This document shows, one piece after another, positions 1 through 7,896 of a stretch of DNA of 64,000 bases (position 1 is the stretch's first letter; each line of letters begins with the position of its first letter). The DNA lies in NCBI GenBank assembly GCA_039630235.1, contig JBCNVI010000002.1, forward strand, positions 57,501 to 121,500, in the 5' to 3' direction. The notes below the pieces were generated by a model. That model ran no database searches. It was not told where the DNA came from and was given only the letters and a program-made list of their open reading frames with translations. This DNA is from Candidatus Hydrothermales bacterium (GTDB taxonomy: Bacteria; Hydrothermota; Hydrothermia; Hydrothermales; JAJRUZ01). The translations under genes were made by a program, and so were the position numbers.

Positions 1-89
1 AAGTAAAAATATACGTTAATGAAAAAGTTTTTGAAAAAATGAAAATTGATTTAGAAAAGAAAGAAGAAAAGGAAGGAATAAGACTTTAA
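1..89 (+). CDS. 3' end of an unidentified ORF entering from the left edge
   Basis: Open frame from base 3 to TAA at 87-89 (...NEKVFEKMKIDLEKKEEKEGIRL*). Too short to assign. Confidence 0.3.
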   Translation, partial: VKIYVNEKVFEKMKIDLEKKEEKEGIRL

Positions 90-127
90 AAGTAAAATTT
101 ATCCGCTTTCATAGTAAAAACCAATAG

Positions 128-1660
128 ATGAAGTTAAAAGAAGTTGTAATACTTTCTAAAAGATTAAGCGAAATTTCTAGTATAAAAGAAAAGATTAACT
201 TACTTTTAGATTTTTTCAGTAAATTAAAGAAAGAAGAATTTAAGATAGCAATATCACTTTTGATAGGGAAGGCTCCCTATGGAAAACTACAGCTCGGTTT
301 AAAAAGTCTCAGCAATTTTTTTTCTCTAAAAGAGGGAGAAGATAGTGTTGAACTTTTGGAAATAGATAATATTTTAAAAGAGTTAAGTAAAATAAAGGGA
401 GCTGGATCTCAGAGAAGAAAATTAAATATAGTTTACAATCTCTTTAGAAAACTCAGTCAAATTGAGAGAGAGTTCTTTTTGCTCTTTATAATTGGAGAGG
501 TAAGACAGGGTGTTTCAAAGGGGATACTAAAGAAAGCAATCTCAAAATTTTTAAATATAAAAGAAGAAGAAATCGACGAAATTTCACTAAGAAGAGGAGA
601 TTTTCTAGATATGGTAGATAATTTATTAAGCTTAGAGTTTGAGACCCTAAAAGAGTTTTCTTTTCAAGTATTTAAACCCTTTTTATCTATGTTAGGTGTA
701 ATCATACATACACTGGAGGATCTTCCAAAGGGAAGTTATGCAGTGGAATACAAGGTTGACGGAATAAGAATTCAGGTTCACAAAAAGGGTAACGATGTTA
801 GGATTTTTTCAAGGAATCTTAGAGATATAACTACGAATCTTTTAGAAATAAAGGAGATTATTAAAAATTGGAATGGTGATTTTGTTTTAGATGGCGAAGC
901 CGTTGTTTTTGATAGGGAAAACAGAATAATTCCCTTTCAGGACATAATAAGTATAGTAGCAAGAAAAAAGAGGGAAAAGGTCTCATCAATAAAACCCATC
1001 TTTTTTGATATTGTCTATAAAGATGGTGAACAGCTTTTTAAGTATAAAAATTCCGAAAGATGGAAAATATTAAAAGAAACAGTGCCAGAAGATTTTTTGA
1101 TCAAAAGAATTGAAACTGATAAAAAAGAAGAGATTGAGAGATTCTTTCATCAAAGTATAGAAGAAGGCAATGAGGGTATAATGATAAAAAAGATAGACTC
1201 CCCTTATTTTATAGGTTCAAGAAAGAATTACTGGTTTAAATTAAAGAAGGTATATACTTTAGATCTTGTTATTCTGGAGGCAGAGTGGGGACATGGAAGA
1301 AGAAAAAACTGGCTTTCTGATTTTTTACTTGGATGCCTTAGTAGAGATGGTAAAAAATTTTTACCACTTGGAAAAACCTTTAAAGGTCTATCAGATAGTG
1401 AATTCGAAGAGATAACAAAAATTTTACTTACCAAAAAAATAGAGGAAAAGGAAAATGGTATAGTTGTTAAACCTGAACTTGTTGTGGAAGTGGATTTTTC
1501 AGAAATAGTTAGATCACCTTTTTATGAAAGTGGATATGCCCTAAGATTTGCAAGAATAAGAAGAATAAGAAGTGATAAAGATGTAAATGATATAGCGAAA
1601 ATTGATGATATTGAAAGTATTTTTAAAGAATTCAGGAGGAAAAAAGGAGATCTAGTTTAA
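128..1660 (+). CDS. lig: ATP-dependent DNA ligase, three-domain (DNA-binding + adenylation + OB) LigB/archaeal type
   Basis: 510 aa. Motif I is EYKVDGIRIQV, with the adenylation Lys encoded at 752-754. Other motifs: III FVLDGEAVVF, IV EGIMIKK, V YWFKLKK, VI LRFARIRRIRSDK. A long N-terminal helical domain precedes the adenylation domain. Confidence 0.9.
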   Translation: MKLKEVVILSKRLSEISSIKEKINLLLDFFSKLKKEEFKIAISLLIGKAPYGKLQLGLKSLSNFFSLKEGEDSVELLEIDNILKELSKIKGAGSQRRKLNIVYNLFRKLSQIEREFFLLFIIGEVRQGVSKGILKKAISKFLNIKEEEIDEISLRRGDFLDMVDNLLSLEFETLKEFSFQVFKPFLSMLGVIIHTLEDLPKGSYAVEYKVDGIRIQVHKKGNDVRIFSRNLRDITTNLLEIKEIIKNWNGDFVLDGEAVVFDRENRIIPFQDIISIVARKKREKVSSIKPIFFDIVYKDGEQLFKYKNSERWKILKETVPEDFLIKRIETDKKEEIERFFHQSIEEGNEGIMIKKIDSPYFIGSRKNYWFKLKKVYTLDLVILEAEWGHGRRKNWLSDFLLGCLSRDGKKFLPLGKTFKGLSDSEFEEITKILLTKKIEEKENGIVVKPELVVEVDFSEIVRSPFYESGYALRFARIRRIRSDKDVNDIAKIDDIESIFKEFRRKKGDLV

Positions 1661-2248
1661 GACAGCTCTCTTACATTTAACTTTTATCTCGTGCTCTCTC
1701 ATTTTTCTACCTGTTAATTTGCATAGATGTTTTTTATCAGAGTCTGGGAACGCATCTTTTATAAAGTTTTTGCAGTTTATACACATAGGCGAAATTTTTA
1801 TTATTCTCTTATCCTGTAATTCAGTAATTATTTTAATTAGTATCTTAAAAATTTCTATTTTTTCTTCCTTTGTTAAGTTTTTTAAACTTTTTAAAATTTC
1901 CTTTCGATAGTGTAGAAGAATTTTTCTTAAGAGAGCCCTCCCCTTTTCAGTTAAACTTAAAAATTTATACCTTCTATCACCTAGATCTTTTTCCTCAACT
2001 ATTATATTTTTTTCAATTAAAACTCTAAGAGAATCTGATAAGGTTGCCCTTTTAACTCCAAGCTCCTCCGATATTATTGAAGGTAACCTTCTCTCCTTTT
2101 GATTTTCCGAAATAAAAAGTATTACTTGAATACCAAGTGGCGAAATATCTATGTCCTTAGAAGTATCCCAAAGTAAAGACTTGTAGAGATTAACTAACTT
2201 CTCAAAAACATATATTATTTTTACATCAATGCTATTCATATTAAACAA
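1652..2248 (-). CDS. MarR-family transcriptional regulator with C-terminal Cys/His-rich tail
   Basis: Winged-helix core (ISEELGVKRATLSDSLRVLIEKNIIVEEKDLGDRRYKFLSLTEKG). The tail is PMCINCKNF...HLCKL...KCK. The TTG start is at 2248; an alternative ATG lies at 2239. It is the last gene of the Ni/Co transporter string. Confidence 0.7.
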   Translation of the reverse strand: MFNMNSIDVKIIYVFEKLVNLYKSLLWDTSKDIDISPLGIQVILFISENQKERRLPSIISEELGVKRATLSDSLRVLIEKNIIVEEKDLGDRRYKFLSLTEKGRALLRKILLHYRKEILKSLKNLTKEEKIEIFKILIKIITELQDKRIIKISPMCINCKNFIKDAFPDSDKKHLCKLTGRKMREHEIKVKCKRAVLN

Positions 2249-2250
2249 AA

Positions 2251-2270
2251 CTTACAACTTTTATTGTAAG
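2251..2270 (-). terminator. Stem-loop between cbiO and the MarR gene (weak intrinsic terminator or MarR operator palindrome)
   Basis: CTTACAA-cttttа-TTGTAAG is a 7-bp perfect stem with a 6-nt loop. On the minus strand it is followed by TTTT. Confidence 0.3.
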
Positions 2271-2295
2271 GACTTCTAATTATTTATATTATAAA

Positions 2296-2994
2296 CTAAG
2301 ATGAGTCTTCCTCAAAAAGTTTAATTATTTCGTCTTTTCTGAAACTTCTTTGAAACTCCCTTTTTATAGTACCATTTTTTAAAAACAAAATCCTATCAGA
2401 AATCTCAATTGCAAAATCTACATCATGAGTTGCAATCACTATTGTTCCTTTTAAATCCTTTATTAACTTCATAAACTTTCTCCTTGCTAAGGGTGAAAGC
2501 CCAAGAGTAGGCTCATCCAAAAGAAATATTTCAGGCTCATAAGAAAGTAAACTGGCAAGAGATACCCTCTTTTTTTCACCATATGAAAGATGATGGGATA
2601 CCTTATTTTCAAAATCTTTTAGCCCAACCCTGTTTAAGGAATTTCTAACTATCTCATCTAAGTTTCCCTTTATTTTGTAATTCTTTGCACCAAAAGCTAC
2701 ATCATCGTAAACTCTTGGCATAAAAAGTGAATCATCTGGATTTTCAAATAAAAAACCAATCTTTCTTCTTAAACTTTCCTTAAAATCTTCACCATCAATT
2801 AAAACTTTTCCCCTAAATTTTAAAAGTCCACAGATACATAAAAGTAAAGTAGTTTTACCAGACCCGTTTTCTCCTATTATACTTATCCTCTCATTTTCAA
2901 AAATCTTTAAGTTTATATCTTTAAGCACATCCTCCTTTTCTTCATAAGAAAAACTCAAGTTTATAGTCTCTATCTTAACTTTTCTATACTCCAT
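2296..2994 (-). CDS. cbiO: ECF/CbiO-type ABC ATPase of a cobalt/nickel transporter
   Basis: Walker A GENGSGKTTLL, signature LSYGEKKRVSLA, Walker B FLLDEPT, H-loop ATHD. Overlaps cbiQ by 25 nt. Confidence 0.9.
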   Translation of the reverse strand: MEYRKVKIETINLSFSYEEKEDVLKDINLKIFENERISIIGENGSGKTTLLLCICGLLKFRGKVLIDGEDFKESLRRKIGFLFENPDDSLFMPRVYDDVAFGAKNYKIKGNLDEIVRNSLNRVGLKDFENKVSHHLSYGEKKRVSLASLLSYEPEIFLLDEPTLGLSPLARRKFMKLIKDLKGTIVIATHDVDFAIEISDRILFLKNGTIKREFQRSFRKDEIIKLFEEDSS

Positions 2995-3581
2995 CCCCTT
3001 GAAATCATCGCCTTTAATACTTTCTCCGATCTTTCATAAGATCTCAAGAACAAAAAACCAGATAGTATAAGATAGCTTTTAAAGTCAGGCCTTTTCCCCT
3101 TTGAAACCATTGATCTTTTCATTCTTAAAAACTCATCTTCCAGTATAAAAAAGTAGCGATACAGAAAGGATAAAATAAGAGAAATCAATTTTCCGTGTGG
3201 GGCCCTTTCAAGAAGTTTTATAAATTCCTCAATTTTAGTAACTGATAGAAAAAAAATTATACTAAAAACAGAAAGTATTGACCTTACTATGGCAAAAAAA
3301 AATTGTGTTAAACTTTTATTGCTCAAAAGTGAGAGAAAAAAAATAACCATCAAAAATGGCGTGATTAACATAACTCTCTTTAAAAGATAAAGAGGAGGAA
3401 CCTTTGATATGAAAAGGAAGGTTAATAGGATCAGAAAAATGACAAGATAAAAATATAAATTAGGAGGAAAAGCAATCAAGATGGAAAGTAAAAATATTAG
3501 GACTAAAAGTTTAATACGAGCGGGAAGGTTCTGCAAAAAACCTTTTTCATAAGCAAATTGATCAATAAATTTGTGTTTCAT
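2970..3581 (-). CDS. cbiQ: ECF transporter transmembrane (T) component CbiQ
   Basis: 203 aa polytopic membrane protein located between cbiM and cbiO. The C-terminal ...RSYERSEKVLKAMISRG matches the conserved CbiQ/EcfT arginine-containing coupling helices. Confidence 0.8.
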   Translation of the reverse strand: MKHKFIDQFAYEKGFLQNLPARIKLLVLIFLLSILIAFPPNLYFYLVIFLILLTFLFISKVPPLYLLKRVMLITPFLMVIFFLSLLSNKSLTQFFFAIVRSILSVFSIIFFLSVTKIEEFIKLLERAPHGKLISLILSFLYRYFFILEDEFLRMKRSMVSKGKRPDFKSYLILSGFLFLRSYERSEKVLKAMISRGWSIEKLR

Positions 3582-4207
3582 ATCTTTTCGATTTCTAAAA
3601 GTTTAGGCTTTAACTTTTTTATAAAATTAAAGAGAAAAACTGTAAAAATCCCTTCAAGCGAACCAGAGATTGCATGAGAAAAGATAATTATAAAGGCACT
3701 TTTTTGAAAAGAAATTTTCCCCGAAAAGTGAAGTTCTAACGCTACAAGTAAACTTCCAATGAGAATAGTTAAGAGTGCCACAAAAAATATAACAACATTT
3801 TCAAATTTAAGTAAAATTCTTGTTAAAAATTTATAAAGGTAAAAGCCTAAGATACAACCTAAAAAGGCAATGTTTAGTGCATTTGCACCGAGTGTAAGGA
3901 TTCCTCCGTGAGAAAGTAGTAGAGCCTGAAGTAATAGAGATAAAAAATTTATAAAAAATGCTGAAAATGGACCAAGAATAAGAGAGATAAAGAAACTTCC
4001 CTGTAGGTGAACCGAAGTTCCAAAGGGTAAGGGAAAACTTATGCTACTTAATAAAAAAACATAGGCCGCTGAAAGACCTAAAAGGGGTACCTTTTCCGCC
4101 TCTATTTTTTTTAATATTTTTTTTCCAGAATAAAAAAAAGTTAAATAGGAAACTGCACTCGTAACAGCAAGTGTCTTTGCATCTAAAAAACCATCAGGAA
4201 TGTGCAT
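3578..4207 (-). CDS. cbiM: Cobalt/nickel substrate-capture component CbiM/NikM
   Basis: The N-terminus MHIPDGFLD is the hallmark metal-ligating Met1-His2 motif of CbiM/NikM. 209 aa, multi-TM. Confidence 0.9.
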   Translation of the reverse strand: MHIPDGFLDAKTLAVTSAVSYLTFFYSGKKILKKIEAEKVPLLGLSAAYVFLLSSISFPLPFGTSVHLQGSFFISLILGPFSAFFINFLSLLLQALLLSHGGILTLGANALNIAFLGCILGFYLYKFLTRILLKFENVVIFFVALLTILIGSLLVALELHFSGKISFQKSAFIIIFSHAISGSLEGIFTVFLFNFIKKLKPKLLEIEKI

Positions 4208-4610
4208 TCTTCAGTTTTCTATAGGCAAGAATATAAAATATAGATCCAGAAAACATAAGTATAATTCCAAGACCTAGGATTAGTCTTGATTCAAACGTAG
4301 CTTTACTTTTCAGAAAAATTAACTCCTCTAAATTTTCGACCACGATTTCTTTGACTATCCCATGCCCCATACCATCATCCACCTCTATTTTCCATTTTCC
4401 CTTTTCGTTTGGTAAAAATAGTGCCCTTCCTTCCCTGTCAAGCATCCCTTGTGAGAATATTTTTCCATCCGGAGAATAAATTTTATATTCTGCAAAGGAT
4501 AGAGGCGTTCTATCCTCGTAAAAAAATCTTATACCACTTGCTCCCTTAAAAAACTCAAAACTAACTCCATGTGAAAAGATACTTATCGCGAGTAGAAAGT
4601 TAACGTGCAT
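4194..4610 (-). CDS. Small accessory protein of the Ni/Co transporter, in a NikL-like position (no canonical CbiN present)
   Basis: 138 aa. It has an N-terminal hydrophobic segment, a beta-rich middle (KIYSPDGK...GKWKIEVDDGMGHG) and a C-terminal TM (LILGLGIILMFSGSIFYILAY). It overlaps cbiM by 14 nt and the upstream ORF by 28 nt. Confidence 0.45.
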   Translation of the reverse strand: MHVNFLLAISIFSHGVSFEFFKGASGIRFFYEDRTPLSFAEYKIYSPDGKIFSQGMLDREGRALFLPNEKGKWKIEVDDGMGHGIVKEIVVENLEELIFLKSKATFESRLILGLGIILMFSGSIFYILAYRKLKNAHS

Positions 4611-5158
4611 ACTCTATCTTTTTCTCTTTTTATTATTAAATTGAGTCCCTTTTTAGACTTATAAAGGTTTTTGAACCGACCCTTTCCCTTTTCGTTTAAG
4701 AATTCATAGTTAGATGGTGAAAATTTAATCTCTCCTTCCTTAAAGTCAAAGTTTTCCAACTTAATTTCAAAGTCGTATCCTAAATTCTTAAACTCGGTAA
4801 TTTTCTCTAAGTAAAAGTAACTTTTACCTATGTAAAGAACCTCTTCACCTTTTGAAAGGGTAAAAAAAACAAGATAGGTTCCCTTTTCCGAGGGTGTAAA
4901 CTCAGAGACTATATAATTTTTTTCTCTTTTGTACTCAAGTTTAACCTCTTCGCCGGATGGTTTTATTACCTTAAATTCTTTAATAAGGTTTTCTCTTGGC
5001 GCTATCTCTGACTCAAATAATTTATGTCCCCCCTTTATAAATAACTCTATCTTCTCGTTTTCCTTAGGATAAGGATTTGAAATTTCAATCCAAAAGTCAT
5101 GAGAATATAAAAGACCAAGAGTTACTAAAATAAGGCTTACTCCTCTCATTTTTAGCAC
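4583..5158 (-). CDS. Periplasmic DUF4198 / CbiK(NikK)-like metal-binding component
   Basis: 191 aa with signal peptide MLKMRGVSLILVTLGLLYS. The mature protein starts HDFWIE, typical of DUF4198 (COG5266) proteins that accompany CbiM/NikM. Confidence 0.55.
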   Translation of the reverse strand: MLKMRGVSLILVTLGLLYSHDFWIEISNPYPKENEKIELFIKGGHKLFESEIAPRENLIKEFKVIKPSGEEVKLEYKREKNYIVSEFTPSEKGTYLVFFTLSKGEEVLYIGKSYFYLEKITEFKNLGYDFEIKLENFDFKEGEIKFSPSNYEFLNEKGKGRFKNLYKSKKGLNLIIKREKDRVCTLTFYSR

Positions 5159-5177
5159 AGGGGTTTAGAATATATAC

Positions 5178-5897
5178 TTAGAATATATACATTAAAGAGA
5201 CATTAGCTCTAAGATGAGTTGTGTTTTTATTTCCAAATCCAATACCTGTTTTTATTATAGAACGTTCAATGGGGAAATAGAGGGCTGGTAGGAAAAATAG
5301 GGCTCCCTCGTAGTCTCCGAGGATTTCAATTCCACCAGCAATACCATGGGGATCAGCAGAAAGTGGATTTTTGATTCCTAAGGCCCACTCTCTTATAAGT
5401 TCATCTCCCTCCCTGGCAAAAGAAAAATTAACTGATATATTTGAGTGAGTTAGAAAGTTTTTACTTAGTATTATCTCTCCCTCAAAGACTTCTTTACTGT
5501 CAAGATATAATCTACTTCTGTAAAATGGAACCTCGTAGGAAAAAAGAAGAGCTAAATTTAAGAGTCCGAAACTTTTGAATCTTATCTGGAGAGAAAAGTT
5601 GGCTGCCTCAATCATAGGTGAAAGTTCGGCTCTATCTTTCACATAAGCTTTTCCGAATTTTGCAAAGTGTGTATGAACTCCAAACATTATATGGTCTGTT
5701 ATCCCATAGGAAAGGCCAGGAGTGAGTTCCCAATGGTCATAATCTGAGCTGTCTCTATTTTCGACGTAGTAATCGTATATCAGATGAAAGATTTTTTCAT
5801 TTTTTGCACAGGTATTGTAAGACTCTACTGCTATGTATTCTTTAGAGTGGTGAGCGTAAATTGTAAGAGCACCTAAGAGAAGAATTAATTTTTTCAT
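5178..5897 (-). CDS. Putative outer-membrane beta-barrel protein, first gene of the Ni/Co uptake string
   Basis: Signal peptide MKKLILLLGALTIYA followed by HHSKE. Alternating amphipathic beta pattern and a C-terminal ...SLMYIF aromatic terminus. Confidence 0.45.
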   Translation of the reverse strand: MKKLILLLGALTIYAHHSKEYIAVESYNTCAKNEKIFHLIYDYYVENRDSSDYDHWELTPGLSYGITDHIMFGVHTHFAKFGKAYVKDRAELSPMIEAANFSLQIRFKSFGLLNLALLFSYEVPFYRSRLYLDSKEVFEGEIILSKNFLTHSNISVNFSFAREGDELIREWALGIKNPLSADPHGIAGGIEILGDYEGALFFLPALYFPIERSIIKTGIGFGNKNTTHLRANVSLMYIF

Positions 5898-5989
5898 TGA
5901 GATTCTCCTTATTAATTTAGGTTGTAATTATAGCACAGATCAGTTAAAATTTTCATTTAAAATTCCAATTCAATAAAAAATTAATTTAG

Positions 5990-7225
5990 ATGAATGTAAG
6001 GAAAAATTTAAATATTTCTCTTGTTGAAGGAGTTGTATCTGGTATTCATTTTGGAATATCTAATGGTGTTTTTATAACTGCCTTTGCTGTAAAAATAGGT
6101 GCTTTAGCTCATGAAGTTGCTTTTATGAGTTCTCTTTTTAATATCTCCTTTATTTTTACTTTTATTTCAATTTTCTTTCTTTCGATTTTAAAAAGACCTA
6201 TGATCATTGCTGGAGTAACAGGTTTTATATCAAGGGGTATATGGGGCATTTTTCTCTTTGAAATTTTCTGGAATGTAAAAATTCTTTTTTTAATAATATT
6301 TATTTCAGGGATTTTTTTAAACGTTTCTTCTACAGCTTGGAGTTTTTGGTTTGCAAATATTTTGAAAAAAGTCGAACATGGAAGGGGCGAATACCTCGGA
6401 ACAAGACTAGGCGTTATAACACTTTTTCAATCAGTCTCATTTTTTATTGTTGGTTTAATTTTTGAAAAAGTGGGCTTTAAATCTCTTTTTCTTATCCTTT
6501 TTTTACTTTCAATCCTCTCTTTAATTCTGTACTTTTTTCAGGATGAAATTAAGATAGAAGAAAAGTTCAATTTAAAAACCTATTTAAAAGAAATAATAAC
6601 TGACAGGGATTTTAAAGTATTCATTACCTACATTTTTATTTTCAACGTTTTAATAAATGTAACAGCCCCCATGTTTGGTTACTATGCAGTCAAGTATATG
6701 AAGTTAAGGAATTTTGAGATAGCCCTATGGACTGTATCTATGGGACTTGGAAGTGCAATTTTCCAGCCCTTTTGGGGCAAGTTCATAGAAAAAATTTCTC
6801 CACGAGCTACCTTAAAAATAAATCTATTTTTCATCACAACTATTCCATTAATTTGGATAATAAGACCTCCTTGGATGTGGTACTTTATATACCTTGACGG
6901 CTTTTTAAGTACCTTTGGCTGGTCAGGAATAAATCTTGCTCACTCCTACATTAATTTGATGCTTATTAAAAACCCAATATACCAAATCGTCTTTCTCACT
7001 ATTGGAGGAACGGGAAGTTTCATAGGAAATAACATTGGAGGCCTCTTTGTGAAGTGTTTTAAAAGCGAAGAATTGGGAATTAAATTTTCCTTTTTTCTCT
7101 CCTCTCTTTTCAGATTTCTTATTGCTCTTTACTTACCTAAATTCAATGTAGGAAAAATTATACCAACAAAAAAGGCAATGCTTTTTATCGTAAAGTATCT
7201 TCTGTCAAAATTTTTAACAAGATAA
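5990..7225 (+). CDS. MFS-type transporter (putative)
   Basis: 411 aa with about 12 hydrophobic segments in a 6+6 arrangement and a central hydrophilic loop (QDEIKIEEKFNLKTYLKE). Confidence 0.55.
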   Translation: MNVRKNLNISLVEGVVSGIHFGISNGVFITAFAVKIGALAHEVAFMSSLFNISFIFTFISIFFLSILKRPMIIAGVTGFISRGIWGIFLFEIFWNVKILFLIIFISGIFLNVSSTAWSFWFANILKKVEHGRGEYLGTRLGVITLFQSVSFFIVGLIFEKVGFKSLFLILFLLSILSLILYFFQDEIKIEEKFNLKTYLKEIITDRDFKVFITYIFIFNVLINVTAPMFGYYAVKYMKLRNFEIALWTVSMGLGSAIFQPFWGKFIEKISPRATLKINLFFITTIPLIWIIRPPWMWYFIYLDGFLSTFGWSGINLAHSYINLMLIKNPIYQIVFLTIGGTGSFIGNNIGGLFVKCFKSEELGIKFSFFLSSLFRFLIALYLPKFNVGKIIPTKKAMLFIVKYLLSKFLTR

Positions 7226-7229
7226 GTTA

Positions 7230-7790
7230 TCAGAATATATCAATGTTTGGAGGAGAAACTATATGTATAAGAAGAGCAGATTTGTTTTTTGAACGATTTT
7301 CAAAAAAGTGCACCTTATCAGGATGAAAATAGTAGCTTTCACCTCTTAACACTTTTAATCTCCTTTTACCTAACTGAAAAAAAACTGCACCTTTCAAAAC
7401 AAATCCACCTTCTTCTCCTTCATGAGGAGTCTCAGGTCTTGTTGAAGTAAAGGGAGGAATCTCAACCTTTAATATATCAAAAGACTTATTACCTCCAAAG
7501 GGTGTTAACAGCAATATTTTTACGTTCTCTTTCTCTATGTACTTATAGTTTAGTTTACTAAACTTAAATAGGAGACCCTTTTCCTCTTTTTCAAAAAATT
7601 CAGAGAAAGTTAGACCTAAAGCATCAAGTATGTTTTTAAAAGTTGAAATAGTAGGAGTTATTTTACCTCTTTCAATTTGAGAAAGTGCAGACTTTGTAAT
7701 TCCAGATCTTAAGGCAAGTTCACTCAGAGTAATTCCATCTGCCTTCCTTAACTTTCTTATTTTCTCTCCAATTTCTTTTTCAAAAGACAT
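7230..7790 (-). CDS. XRE-family HTH + cupin-domain transcriptional regulator
   Basis: HTH is IGEKIRKLRKADGITLSELALRSGITKSALSQIERG. C-terminal cupin is HEGEEGGFVLKGAV...YYFHPDKVHFFEN. It is divergent from kamA. Confidence 0.85.
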   Translation of the reverse strand: MSFEKEIGEKIRKLRKADGITLSELALRSGITKSALSQIERGKITPTISTFKNILDALGLTFSEFFEKEEKGLLFKFSKLNYKYIEKENVKILLLTPFGGNKSFDILKVEIPPFTSTRPETPHEGEEGGFVLKGAVFFQLGKRRLKVLRGESYYFHPDKVHFFENRSKNKSALLIHIVSPPNIDIF

Positions 7791-7818
7791 ATAATATTTT
7801 AAAGTTTTCCACAGACTC

Positions 7819-7847
7819 TTGACAAACTGTTTTTTTTGTTTTATTAT
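7819..7847 (+). promoter_or_regulatory. Sigma-70-like promoter for the kamA operon
   Basis: TTGACA (7819-7824), a 17-nt spacer, then TATTAT (7842-7847), about 50 nt upstream of the kamA ATG. Confidence 0.4.
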
Positions 7848-7896
7848 TATTAACTGAAAATTTTGTTAAGTAAAATATAACTTTGAGAAGGGGAAC

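Noticed and set aside
128-1660. LigD/NHEJ system
   Set aside because: No Ku gene is nearby and the ligase has no polymerase or phosphoesterase domain. Its architecture is the DBD-adenylation-OB type.
5898-5989. Cobalamin or other riboswitch upstream of the cbiM-type transporter operon
   Set aside because: Only 92 nt are shared with the divergent MFS promoter. That is too short and too AT-rich for a B12 element, and no B12-box-like sequence is seen.
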